DNA from: Malacoraja senta
Taxonomy: Eukaryota
Length of the DNA stretch: 60,000 nt
Assembly (NCBI GenBank): GCA_038087875.1
Contig: CM075988.1
Span: forward strand, 12,154,001-12,214,000
Reading direction: 5' to 3'
Shown here: positions 24,476 to 36,689 of the stretch, piece by piece
Layout of the letters: each line of letters opens with the position of its first letter
Numbering within the stretch: position 1 is the first letter of the stretch
Program-made: the position numbers and the translations under genes
The notes under the pieces: model-generated
The model's database searches: none
What the model saw: the letters and a program-made list of their open reading frames with translations, nothing else
What the model was told of the DNA's origin: nothing

Positions 24476-24820
24476 TGAACCTTAACATGGTATATGCATC
24501 ACAGTTTATGAAGGGCCTTTAAGTTTCTCGATAATCAGCTCCTGAATGACGTCAGAGATTGTTGCTAAAAACCTCAAATTTCTCTGCAATGGTTTCTTCA
24601 AATTGTGAGTTGTTGTCAATTTTCCAATTGAGTTGATTTTAAAATACATGCAGCTATAATGTACACAAAAACCAAAAGTATTACGATCATGATTTTAAGA
24701 TCTAAAAATTCAGATTAATTTTTTTGGAAACTGAAGCCAGGTAAAGTAACGCAATAAATCGTGTTCAAAACACGATGTGCTGGAAGAATTCAGCGGGCCA
24801 AGCAGCATCTGTGGAGAGAA

Positions 24821-25053
24821 TGTGTGGGAAGGAACTACAGATGCTGGTTTAAACCAAAGATAGACACAAAAAGCTGGAGTAACTCAGCGGGACAGGCAGC
24901 ATCTTTGGAGAGAAGGAATGGGCGACGTTTCAGGTCGAGACCTTTCTTCAGTGAACTGAAGTCAGACCGAAGAAGGGTCTCGACCCGAAATGTCACCCAT
25001 TCCTTCTCTCCAGAGATGCTGGGTCCCGTTGAGTTACTCCAGCTTTTTGTGTC
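24821..25053. mobile_element. Inverted dimer of the Penelope-derived element, nested in an older copy
   Basis: Arms about 24860-24951 and 24968-25053; catctgtggaga duplicated at 24806-24817 and 25054-25065. Confidence 0.85.
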
Positions 25054-25789
25054 CATCTGTGGAGAATAGTCGGTGGGTCCAATTGGAACTGCTGACATGC
25101 AATTGTTTAAAGTTTGGTACGCCTTGGACTTCATCACACTGTGGAGGTCTGAGACTGACTTTTGTCACAGATGTGGTTCTGCAGCTTCATTGCACAGTGG
25201 ATTGCAAGCTTGTTGAGATAAATCAGGATTATGCTGGGTATTTGCAACTTGGACCCTTCGTCACCAGGTCATGCCAAGCATGGGATGTGAGACCATACTG
25301 ATTTCAATGGGGGACCTTCAGGATGGAGGAAAGGGAAGGTATATTTTGTTCTATTTTATATCAATTTACTGATTTTGTTTTAAGATTATTTTTAAGTGCT
25401 TTTATGTGCTTTCAATTAATTTGCAATTTTTTAATTAAGCCAGTTGGCATCAAGTTGAATAGTTTTAGAGACATCAAAAATATTGAAATGTCACACAGAT
25501 TGGAGGGGGAGATGATGCATGACCTCAGCTTTGCTTTCCACCAGGGCTTTACTGGGTCAGGATCTCCAGGATACCTCACCTCAGATCCAATCCCTACTAA
25601 GAACTGGCTGCCTGAGATGAGGATGTGTGAGCTCGCAAGAATGAACCTCCAGAGTCAGTTCTCAGTAACTCTGGGCATGTTGGGATGCAGGTGTGAGCTG
25701 TAAATGAAGGGCAGGGTTCAGTAAGATCCAGCCCATGACCTAATAGACCCTTCTTTAGTGGCAATATACCTTGCCTACAACTGAATCAT

Positions 25790-25995
25790 CCTCTCACCAG
25801 CTGGAGAGTGGTCCGAACCTCCCATCTACCTCATTGAAGACATTGGAACTATCTTTAATCAGACTTTACTGAACTTTATCTTGCACTAAACATTATACTC
25901 TTTATCCTGCATCTGTAAACTATGGATGGCTTGATTGTAATCATGTATTGTCTTTTCGCTGACTGGATAGCTTGTTCTATTCGACCTTAAGTACA
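25790..25995 (+). mobile_element. Rex1/Babar-like LINE 3' UTR fragment
   Basis: Reverse complement of the 20300-20520 tail (ctcccatctacctcattg...ttgcactaaa...gactggatagc). Confidence 0.7.
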
Positions 25996-26359
25996 AATGC
26001 CAAGAATCACAATCTCATATTAATATTTGTTTTAAAGTCTCGATGCTCAAAATTTAAATCTTCACTTCCAGTTTGAATTTATTGTCAAATTTTCAAGGAC
26101 TGGCCTTGTGACACAGGAAAATCATATTGAGGTTAGGTATGCAGAAGCCATAAAAACAGGTCCTGCACACACCTATTATATTGAGCAGAGCAGATTATTT
26201 TTAATGTTTTTTTTGCTGTTTCACCGGATACATACTCAGCTGATTGATAAATTATGATATTATCACACGTAGGTTAAAAACAGCATCAACAAATTTTTGG
26301 ACACATTGTGGAAAGAAGGAAAAATACTAACTGCCTCCAATATAATAGGTGTGTGCTTT

Positions 26360-26521
26360 TGTAATTGAATTCTGTCCTTGATTTGTGTACTGTGGTGTTT
26401 TTATATTTAATTTATTCCGATTATGTGTTTTGTATTTTTGTGATTCTATGCCTTGTAAGGTGTCCTTGGGTGTTAGAAAGGCGCCAGCAAATAAAATGAA
26501 TTATTATTATTATTATTATTT
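26360..26521 (+). mobile_element. L2-like LINE 3' tail ending in (att)n
   Basis: tgtaaggtgtccttgggtgttagaaaggcgcc...aaataaaatg(att)n is a typical L2 terminus. Confidence 0.65.
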
Positions 26522-26640
26522 TAAACCATGCTTATTTCTCTGCACCATGTATCTGTCCATCTCTCCTGTTTATGGGTTCAATTTTGCTTTGCATTCTGAA
26601 AATTTGGGGTAGATTTGTCACAGTTCAACACTGAGCATAT

Positions 26641-26845
26641 AGACATAAAATGCTGGAGTAACTTTGCAGGTGAGGCAGCATCTCTGGAGGAAAAGAATAG
26701 GCGATGTTTAGGGTTGGAACCTTTCTTCAGACACGAAACATCACCTATTAGTTTCTTCCAGAGATACTGCCTGACCCATTGAGTTACTCCAGTATGTTGT
26801 GTCTATCTTCTGTATAGACCACCATCTATATAAACCTTCCTACTG
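26641..26845. mobile_element. Inverted dimer of the Penelope-derived element
   Basis: Inverted arms; flanks aacactgagcatatag (26627) and aacattgagcatgtag (26846). Confidence 0.8.
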
Positions 26846-27123
26846 AACATTGAGCATGTAGGTTAATATTTCTGTATAATAGTGGGGACATACTGCAATT
26901 TTATTCAGTGCTTCCATTCGGATATAATATTATTTTGAGCTGACACTTTGTCGTGGCTTGATTATAAAAAAAATTAAATGACCATTTGTTATTACATTAA
27001 CGTTGTTACTGCTGTATGTGACTAATTGCTCTCTGGTTTCTCTGGTTTGTAACAATGCTGATTGGAAGCTCCAGAGAGAGATTGTGAAGAGACCTTGACT
27101 AAAGCGGACGTTCTTTATTTGGA

Positions 27124-27214
27124 AATAGACACAAAAAGCTGGAGTAACTCAGCGGGGCAGGCAGCATCTCTGGAAGGAATGGGTGATGTTTCAGGTCGAG
27201 ACCCTTCTTCAGAG
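27124..27214 (-). mobile_element. Penelope-derived short element
   Basis: Reverse strand reads ctgaagaagggtctcgacctgaaacatcaccc. Confidence 0.8.
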
Positions 27215-29216
27215 TTTGTTGCACATAGGTATTTGTCTGCACAATCTGGAAATGAAGGCCATTGCATGTTCAGCATCCACTGCAAGCACATATCACCTAT
27301 GTACAATCACCGCACATTGAGGCAGAGCAGGATTTGTTTGAGTGCCCCATCATCACGTATCTCTAAATTCTAATTTCATACACGCTTTGTCTCATTCTCC
27401 TCCTTTCAGCATATTGCTCGTCACATTTTACAGCCACCCCCTGAGGGTGACATGAAAAGTCCACTGTAAAATGTAACTGAAGGACTGTTTAAAATTTGCA
27501 ATCTTGCCAAAAAAATTCTCAGCACCACAAAATGCTAATTTGGTTAAAGATGGTTTCAGAGAGGGAAGCATTCTCCCCGCGATGACAAATGCAAAGGAAG
27601 TTGGCAGCAGTTGCTCAGTTTATACCTGCGACTGATGCAAGCTGGAAGAAATGTTTCCTTATCAGAAATACAGACATGCATGGAGGCATATGTATGTAGT
27701 TTTTGTCAAGTTTGGAAAGGTCCTGATTATTGTGCACAGAGAAATGGTTTAGACAGCTCACCTCTCCCAAGACTTTGCCTGTCATCTGACTGAAGGAAAG
27801 TTGTAATATCTGCACTATTTCAGGCAAACTCGATTTATGAGGGGAAGAAACAGGCCTGTGGAATGAAGAACAATGAACACTTTTTTTTAAATGTGAAACA
27901 CTACAAACATTCTGCAGTGAAATTGTACTTTGATAGCAAATCAACAGACATTTTTAATGCCAACCCTATGGGATAAGTTCAAGTTCACATTTATTGTCAC
28001 GTGCACCAATTAAGATACAGTGATATTTGAGTTACCATACAGCCATACAATTAAAAGAACACAAAACACGATAGAACTTAACATAAACATCCACCACAGT
28101 GATCACTGTGATGGAAGGCAATAAAGTTCAGTCAGTCGAGGGAATTTCGAGGGAATAATTAAAAACTTCAGAGGCAAACTGAGCCACCCATTCACAATAA
28201 CATGTGCTCCATTGCCCAAAACCAATTTAGCCATCTTGGAGAAAAGAAACACCGTATTTAATGGCATCAACAGGATTAAATCATTTATGACATGAGAAGT
28301 TTATTCCAATATATTTGCAGTGAAAAATATTAACGTTATCCTCTCAAATATTCAATTGATAATTTTTTCCAACTATTATGTGCTTCAAGGACTTGCATCT
28401 AATTCAGAGCATTATCTGTTTTGAGATGGAATCCTTTTTAACTTGTAGCTTTGGGTGAATGGTGTTCTCTTTTTATAAGTCACTCTTATTTTGAGAGATG
28501 AAGAGCATGATTGCTAACATGAAGTGTTTGGCAGCTAAAAGTAGAAGTCTTTATGTACAAATGTTTTTTTTGTATATTTGGGAAAATAATACAGGAGGAG
28601 GTAACATTAATTTGGCTGCTGTCTGTCCATCTTCAATATTGAAAGGACACTGGTCAGCTTATTCATTTTTGTCAAATGATAAAATCATACGTTGAGAAGA
28701 GTCAAGACATTTCTATGGATCTTGAATCCATTGAACAAAGTTATAAATTGCATTGGAAGAAGTCTGATCCATCCTGTGATCATCACATTTGTTTGTGTAG
28801 ACAATGTAAGAATTACTTTATTATTGCAGAGGGGTAAGGAGAGATTCACTTTCCATTTTATGGTGGCACATTTGACCTGAATGTGGTTTATGGCCAATTT
28901 GGAAGAATGTTTCAATTCCCTTGCATTTATGTGCTTAAGGTACTTAAAATATCTATGTAGGCACTTTTCTAAGTCCTATAAATGAGTTATATGGCCAGCT
29001 GTTTGCATTTATTGTTTAATTAATTGTTTATTTACTGGTTTATCAATGAAGGCGATGGGAGGTAAGACAATAATTCAGATTTAAGTAGAAACAGTCTGAA
29101 GAAGTGACCTATTTATGTTCTCCAGAGATGCTGCCTGAACCGTTGAGTTATGCCAGCACTTTGTGCCATTAAGATTTGGGGCCTATCAGAAACAATCAGT
29201 AACTTTTGGCTAGAAA

Positions 29217-29217
<1 letters not shown>

Positions 29218-29257
<40 letters not shown>

Positions 29258-29260
29258 GTT
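29218..29260. repeat. (GTT)n microsatellite
   Basis: About 13 units. Confidence 0.95.
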
Positions 29261-30480
29261 ACTCATTCTGGAGTAAGTCCATGACATCTATATAATATTG
29301 TCATGTATTCAGAAATGGATGATCAGACCAATCTGGGTTAGAAGTGAAGCATGGCTTGAAGTGCAGGATATGCCCTGCCATCATGGCTGAGTTGTACTCT
29401 GTTTATGAAACTCAGTGCTTCCAGCCCACTTTCTGATCTGAAACTTAACTAGGATGGTGGCCCATATTTTGCAGTTGCAGGCCTTGTAGGTTTAGAGCTG
29501 AACTCGTTTGGGCTTAACACCTCCGATTAATTTTCCATCTTGCAAGTTCCCAGTTGCTCTCCTCCCCCACCCAGTGCTGCTGGCATATGTGACAAGGGAT
29601 TTGCCTCACACAAAGCTTCTTCCTACATTAAAGATTTGCGTGGATAGAGTGAACAGGGATGCCCAAATATTCAGTTAAACTCCAGCATTCTATGTGTGCA
29701 GACTTGCCATTCAATATGAATATGCCTGTCATTTGTTATGATAGAATAAACTATCTGTTTTCCTTGGACAGAGAATGTAGCAATAAAGCAGAGCAGATGA
29801 ATACTATCTGTAAAATAATGCATTTGTACCAGATATTTTTGTTGTAAATGTGAGATTTTATCCTCATTACCAATAGAATGTGTTTTGAAGCATGCTTGCA
29901 TATCACCAATACATTTAGACAGCTGGAAATTGTTCCAAGGTCACCTGTGAGGCTACCTGCGGCATACAGTGTGACGATAATGTATTTGACAAAGTAGCAT
30001 GTAAAGATAAGCTATATTTCCCAGTATACTGAAATACAAGTAAACAACATTATATGACACTCATTTAGTATTCTCAGCATTCCATGCAGTTGCTATTACA
30101 TTTTTTTTTACTTGTAGTTTATTCTTGGAGACATTTTAAGCTGCTGTCAGATTGCATGTTTTTTTGTGGCATAAAATCAATGTTTACAGGCGCCATTTCA
30201 GATGTTAAAGTCACTGTGGGAACAACAGCAGTGTGGATTTTTAAAATACATGATGGCAATAATTTTGTTTAATACATAAAAATATGTGAAAGAACTATGC
30301 AGATTGATGTACTTTTTATTTTTGAAGATCATTTTCAGTGATGCCAAGGACGGTTCTTGAAAGATTATTGATGCTTCACAAAGGCAGATGCCATTATTGC
30401 AATGATTTAATTCAGTTTAAGGACTGTGTGTGTTTAATTGAATAACATTCTAGTATTTCAGTATTTCAGTAAATGGTTAT

Positions 30481-30775
30481 GTTTAGTTTAGAGATAGAGC
30501 TTGGAAACAGGCCCTTTAGCCCACCGAGTCCACACCGACCATCGATCACCCGTTCACACTAGTTCTATGTTATCCCTCTTTCTCATCCACTTCCGACATA
30601 TGAGGGGCAATTTACAGAGACAAATTAACCTACAAACCTGCGCGGTTTTGGAATGTGGAAGGAAACCCACGTCCTCAGAAGAAGAATGTGCAAACACCAC
30701 AAAGACAGCACCTGAGATCAGGATTCAACCCAGGTCTCTGGCAGCAGCTCGACCAGCTGTGTCACTGAGCTGCCA
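30481..30775 (-). mobile_element. HE1-type SINE
   Basis: gtttagtttagagatagagc...cccaccgagtcc...aattaacctacaaacc. Confidence 0.85.
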
Positions 30776-30829
30776 TAGTGGAGCAGTACTTGAGCCACTG
30801 TGCCAGCAACTGTGGATCAATGGCGGAGA

Positions 30830-31045
30830 GATGAATTTGAATCCCGCAAGGCCAGCTTGGGAATTTAAATCCAACTCATTAAAAAGATCTAGAACAAAAA
30901 CTAGCACCAATAATAGTGAACAAATTGTTGTGAAAAAACCCACCATGGTTTGCTGATGCCTTTTAATGAAGGAAATCTGCTGTCTTACCTTGTACTACAG
31001 ACTCTGACTATGATTCAACTGCCTTCTTCGGGGAAGAACAATTAA
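30830..31045 (+). mobile_element. Old Deu-domain-like SINE (SacSINE/AmnSINE type)
   Basis: ttgaatccc...aaaaaacccaccatggtttgctgatgccttttaatgaaggaaatctgctgtcttacc resembles the Deu central domain; related to 41865-42225. Confidence 0.5.
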
Positions 31046-31117
31046 TGTAGTTATTTTCACTGAGATCCATAAAAATAACAGGATTTGGTCTCGTGCCACT
31101 TTTCATAGAGCTCTGGA

Positions 31118-31265
31118 TAGATTACGTTTTGGCTCGGGCACTTCTTCAGTTACCTGAAATGTAACTTATCCATGTTCTCCAGAGATGCTGCCAGACCCAC
31201 TGGGTTACTCCAGCACTTTGTGTCTTTTTTTTGTAAACCAGCATCTGCAGTTCCTTGTTTCTACA
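31118..31265 (+). mobile_element. Penelope-derived element (partial inverted dimer)
   Basis: cttcttcag...tgaaatgtaac...ctccagagatgctgcc...cagcatctgcagttcc. Confidence 0.75.
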
Positions 31266-33004
31266 ATCAGAAATCCCTGTTGTGTTTCTAGTAGAGCATT
31301 TCCAAACACCTCAATTATTTAAGATGCAGAAATTGTATTTGTTCATTTCTTTCCAAAATAAATTATTGCTGGATTTCAAAGCAGTGGTGCGAGAACCAAG
31401 TTACCTTGCATCACAACCAGGTAAACATTTATTTTCAAAAATGAGCTTGAGATTTGAGATAGCCAAACTGTTAGAGTTGATGTGGGCAAGGGCATTAAGG
31501 ACGTAATTTTACTTATTAATACGATGTGGGTGCTGTTGGCAAGGCTACCATTCCTATTTGGAAGATGGTGGTGACCTGCTTTCTTGGAGTGCTTGAAACC
31601 TTGTGTTGAATCTGCCCTTGTGATGCTGCTGGAGAGATGGTTTCAGTATTTAGCCCTATCATGAAAGGAATGATAATATATTTCCCTCCAGCTGGTAGAC
31701 GTCGATGTGAAAGCCGCCATGAAAAAAGCACGTTGACACGTAGACTCTTCTTAAAGAGTAATAGAGTTAATTGGCACGGATAGAGTTTGTCCAATCAACC
31801 GAATCCTCGCTTACCATCAAGTAACCACTTACATTCATTTGTTCCATTCTGTTCGCTTCAACTCCCTCAGATCCGGGCACTCGCATACAAAACATGGGCA
31901 ATTTACAGTACCTAATTACCCAACCAACCGACATGTCTTTAGGTCACTCCATTGTGTACTGATAACCAGCTAGATAAATCCAGGGGTGCTTTTGTCATAG
32001 GAAGACATAGGCTAAATTTCCCACTTTCAAGCTACTGTTATGCCCAGAGCAAATTTGCCAAGTGTCAGTCAAGTTCAAAGGCACATTCTAGTAGAATTCA
32101 ATGAACACAGTGTAACAGTGTGAGTTTTAGCCTCAGTATCTTCCTTTGACAAAAACACCCGTGGATTCAGAACCCAGGCTGAAGAAGGGTTCCAACCCCA
32201 AACTTCATCCGTTCCTTTTCTTCAGATATGGTGCCTGACCCACTGAGTTGCTCCTGCTCTTTGTGTCTGTCTCTTTGATTTATCTAGTTTGGTGTCGCTA
32301 TCCAGTGGAATTTCCTAAAGGTATGGGATGGCAGGGTAATCACTCACTGCATTCAACAGTGAACAAATAGGTTTCAATTATTTCCTCTTGGGTAGGAATT
32401 TATAAACTCCTGTTGGTTCTAATTTCATAAGATCATAAGTGATAGGAGCAGAATTAGGCCATTTGGCCCATCAAGTCTACTCCTCCATACAATCATGGTT
32501 GATCTATCTCTCCCTCCTAAACCCATGCTTCCGCCTTCTCCCCATAACCTCTTCATAAGGTTAAATACAATCCATGCTCTTAATTACATAATTATGCGTT
32601 GCCGCAGACAGATACAGGAGGAAAATAGAGAACAATAGAGAGTAGTGGTAAATATTACTTTTGAGCTGTTGATGATGGATTTCATTCTAAATATGCAGGT
32701 GGATAATGTTGAATGCACCAGCAACATCTGGGTCATATTTGGGTCAATTTGTACCCCAAGAGTCTCATTGGCTCCACAATCAGCAGTAGCTTATTTGGCA
32801 GCAGAGAGTTTTCTTTTAGACATCCATTGAATTTGGCAGCTGGATATTTGTTGAACTGTTATGTTTAGCTTGCATATACTGTCAGATCACATGGAGATTG
32901 TGTATGAATTTCAGGTTGAATTGTTGGAGGTGAATTTACCTAATATTCTGAAACTTGCTTAAAATACGGAGTTTGGTTTCTATGATAATAGTTACAGAGA
33001 CATT

Positions 33005-33615
33005 GAGTCACACAGCACAGAAACAGGCACTTCAGCTTACCTTATAAGATCACCCCTCAGATTCCTGTGCTCCAAGGAATAAAATGTTATTCTTCCCAAC
33101 TGCTCATCTCTAACTCCGGTCTCGAGTCATAGCAACATCCTCAGAAATCTTCTTTGCACTTTTTCCAGCTTCCTTCCGAAAGCTCAGTGACCAAGACTGA
33201 ACACAATGGTCCAAGTACAGCCTCACCATCATCTTGTGCAACTTCAACATAACGTTCTATCTTCTAAACTCTTTCCCCTGACCGTTGAAGGCTAGCGTGC
33301 CAAAAGCTGTCTTCACCACCCTATCTACCTGCAATACACGTTTGTGGAACTATGTATTTATACTCCAAGGTCCCTGTGGTCCATTTGCTGTGTTGATCCT
33401 GCCCTGATTCAACTTTCCAAAATACAACACCTCACACTTACCTGAATATAACTCCATTGGGCATTATTTAGCCCACTTGCCCAGCTGATCAAGATCCTTC
33501 TGTAATTCTTTATAACCATCGTCACTCACTATGATACCACCAAATTTAGAATAATCTGCAAACTTTCTAATTATGCCTTTGACATTCTCATCCAAATCAT
33601 TGGTATAAATGACAA
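33005..33615 (-). mobile_element. CR1 LINE RT fragment (degraded)
   Basis: agatcacccctcag, actgaacacaatggtccaag, atctgcaaactt (reversed KFAD) collinear with the CR1 RT. Confidence 0.75.
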
Positions 33616-33681
33616 ATATATTTTATTTAATTGTACGCAACTCAGGCAATATGGAATTATTTCCACAGTTGCAATACGTCA

Positions 33682-34232
33682 CAAGTCAAGTCAAGTCACA
33701 TTTATTTATTTATTTATTTATTTTTAAATATTTTAATTTTATTAGAAGTAAGTACAATTGTATACAATCATATTTTCATAATACATTTTATGTACAGCTT
33801 CTTATTTTTTTATTATAATAAAGAAGAAAAAGAAAAAGAAATTAGATAATGAAGTATAGAAAAATGTGAGAGATATAGTGTGTTTATTTATATAGCACAT
33901 TTAAAAAACAACTCTCGTTGGCCAAAGTGCTTTACATTTTTTATAAGAATAGCACAAACAAAACAAACTACGTACATATATACATGTAGCCCTCACTCAG
34001 AGGACGTCAGGAAAGGCTTGGGAGTATAGATAAGTCTTTAGTCTTGACTTAAAAGAGTCGATGGAGGGGGCAGTTCTGATGGGAAGGGGGATGCTGTTCC
34101 ACAGTCTAGGGGCTGCAACCGCAAAGGCGCGGTCGCCCCTGAGCTTATGCCTAGACCGCGGGATATTCAGCAACCGCAAGTCGGCCGATCTGAGGGGCCT
34201 GGAGGTGGAGTGGTGGGTGAGAAGACTTTTTA
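33682..34232 (-). mobile_element. L2 LINE 3' end, with an L1-like 3' tail inserted at about 33701-33882
   Basis: ORF 33997-34269 SRPLRSAD...RGDRAFAVAAPRLWNSIP...SFKSRLKTYL is the L2 ORF2 C-terminus; (caagt)n tail; tttattta on both sides of the insert. Confidence 0.85.
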
Positions 34233-35084
34233 CACTCACCTTTAGTTGATTTTGGTTTAATTTATTCACAAGTAAAACATTTTGGTCTAGAATTTCTATC
34301 CAGACAGATGAAAGGCAGCATTTTTTAGTTGCGGCTTACACAATGGGGGAGGAATTGGTGAAGATGCTGAGTTATTAGTCATGTTCATGAACAGAACAGA
34401 TGGTGCGAATGGCAGGGCAGCAATCTAAATGAGATGGAAGAAAATTCACATTTGCAAGTGTTTTGCCGTTGTGAAGATGGTGCTGCGAAAGGAAGCTGGT
34501 GCCGCATCTGAAGGGAATTCTAATCAAAGTGGTACACCATTAACTTTGTCAACCGTGTGGAGATTCAAGGTCATTTGTAGCCAGGTGGAGTTTTGAACAT
34601 GATGGACTTCTATGTCTGATGTTGCAGGTGGAACTGAATCAGTGAGTGGTTTGCAATCCTACAGAATGTGTCCAAAATACCAAGTCTAATGAAGATTAAT
34701 CACACCTGCCGTTATATCATTAGAATAACCACAAGTATTTATCAGTAGTAATAACTGATTTGTTTTCTATTAAAGATCCTTGTACTCAGTTCAAACTGAA
34801 AATTTGGTTGCTTTCTTTGCAATGCTTTTTGATATGTGCTTGTCATATGGTGCTGCATAATCCTGGCAGTCTGATCTCTCAATTTCCACACAGAGGGTGG
34901 ACTGTCTTTCTCTCTAAAACCTTCCTATCCATGTACCTGATCAAATTAGTTGAAGCTGGTTCAATACAACATTTAGACATGTGCATGGAGTAAGGTTTTA
35001 AAGAGAAATAGGTCAAATGTGAGTAAATCCTAGATGGAGCATCTTGGTTGGCATGGATGAGTTGGTCAAAGGGCCTGTTTATAT

Positions 35085-36204
35085 CAGTGACGTGCAGTGA
35101 GGTCAATGGCTGGGGAGGCCCTGGCTAGTATCAGTGGCCCGGCCCTCCCTGTCCCAGGGAGAGAGAGGGGTGGAGCCGGGGCTGTTTGCGTGAAGCACGG
35201 CGACTGGAGGGGCAGGAGCGTTGCCCCAGGACCGTGAGGGAACGACCCACCTCCCCCTCTCCCCCTCTCCCCCTCTCCCCCTATCCCCCTCTCCCCCTCT
35301 CCCCCTTCTCCATTCCCCCTCACACCCCCCTTCCTGTCTACCCCATTTCTTCCCCCTCCAACCCTCTACTCTCTCTCCACCCCTCTCTCCCCCATCCACC
35401 CGGGGTAGATCTACCCGAGCTGATAGTACATTACTCCAGAGCGGGGCCCCCTTAGGCGTGGGGCCCAATTGGGAGCTCTCAGCGGCCCAGAGCCTCCGAA
35501 TCAGCCGCAACAAATCAACGAATCAACCTACCAGTCAGCGCCGCCCGCGGCTGGAAAGTCAGCGCTGCCAGCGGTGGAATCCAGTGCAGCGCCGCCGCTG
35601 TGAAGCTAGCTAACGTGGAGGGAGAGTGAGGTAGCCTCAATTACGTGGGCTGAGCCTATGTAATTGACGCTCACTCTCCCTCCACTGGGCTCAAGACACG
35701 CCCCCTCAGTGAGGCAGATGTGATCGCTGCCTCCCCTGGTGCTTTTTCATTGCAGTTTTATGGCGAGACCAGCAAGCTTAATTTTAATATATTTATACGT
35801 GAAATAAGCTGCCTGGACTATGGAAGGCGAGGACATGTAATGAGGGGGTCTACAAACATTACATTGGTGACATAGAGAGAGATAGTAACAGGCACACGCT
35901 TATTGCCCGCGCTCCATCCAGTTTCTGAGGGGTTGCGCAATCAGACGGAAGGCTCAGCTCATCGCTGCCTCACCTCTCATCTCTCCCTGTATTTGCAGCG
36001 GAGCTGCGCAAATTTGGCGATTTTGACTATAAAAAATGATTAGATTCATATAGAAATGACATTTATAACACAGATCAGTGGAAACATCTTTATATTTATT
36101 TTATTTTATTATTATTTTTCTTTACTTTTCTTAACAGCTATTTTCATTGGGAGTATGACAGGTGAGGTTCTTCCATCACTGCCTCCCCTGACCGCACGTC
36201 CCTG
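35085..36204. mobile_element. Non-autonomous hAT DNA transposon (1120 bp)
   Basis: TIRs cagtgacgtgcagtgagg and cctgaccgcacgtccctg; perfect 8-bp TSD gtttatat at 35077-35084 and 36205-36212; splits a CR1 3' end (gggcctgtttatat|gctgtatgactct). Confidence 0.92.
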
Positions 36205-36689
36205 GTTTATATGCTGTATGACTCTTTGACTCTCTGTTGTGACCCGAGGTCTCAACCAAGAAGATGACCCAATTCTGTAAACTCCACGCACTCTCACAAA
36301 TTAGAAAGAGCATTTAAAAGCAATTTCATATTTTGAACTGCATGACATTTGCCTGCAGTGGGGTATAGATAGGTTAACTTATTGGCCCAGACATCGGTAG
36401 ATAAATGTGCATTTTGGAAGTATGAATGCAAAAGAAAACTATTATTGTTGACTGGAGATTTGTTGCAAAATATTGCAACAAAATGGGGGTCCTAGTAAAT
36501 GCAGCACAAACAATTAGCATGCCAATAGAAATAGTAATTAGCAAACTAAAATGCTGGATTCATAGGAAACTGCAGATGTTGGAATCTTGAACAAAACACA
36601 AGTGCTAGAGGATGTCAGCAGGTCAGGCTGCATCGCAGGAGGGAATGGATAGGTGGTGTTTTGGGTTGAGAGCCTTCTTCAGACTCAGA

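Noticed and set aside
24547..24554. TGACGTCA (CRE) sites here and at 37639-37646
   Set aside because: An isolated 8-mer is expected about once per window; no promoter context
35084..35613. Pro/Gly-rich ORFs and an apparent CpG-island promoter
   Set aside because: Low-complexity translation of the interior of the hAT element, which is bounded by TIRs and a TSD
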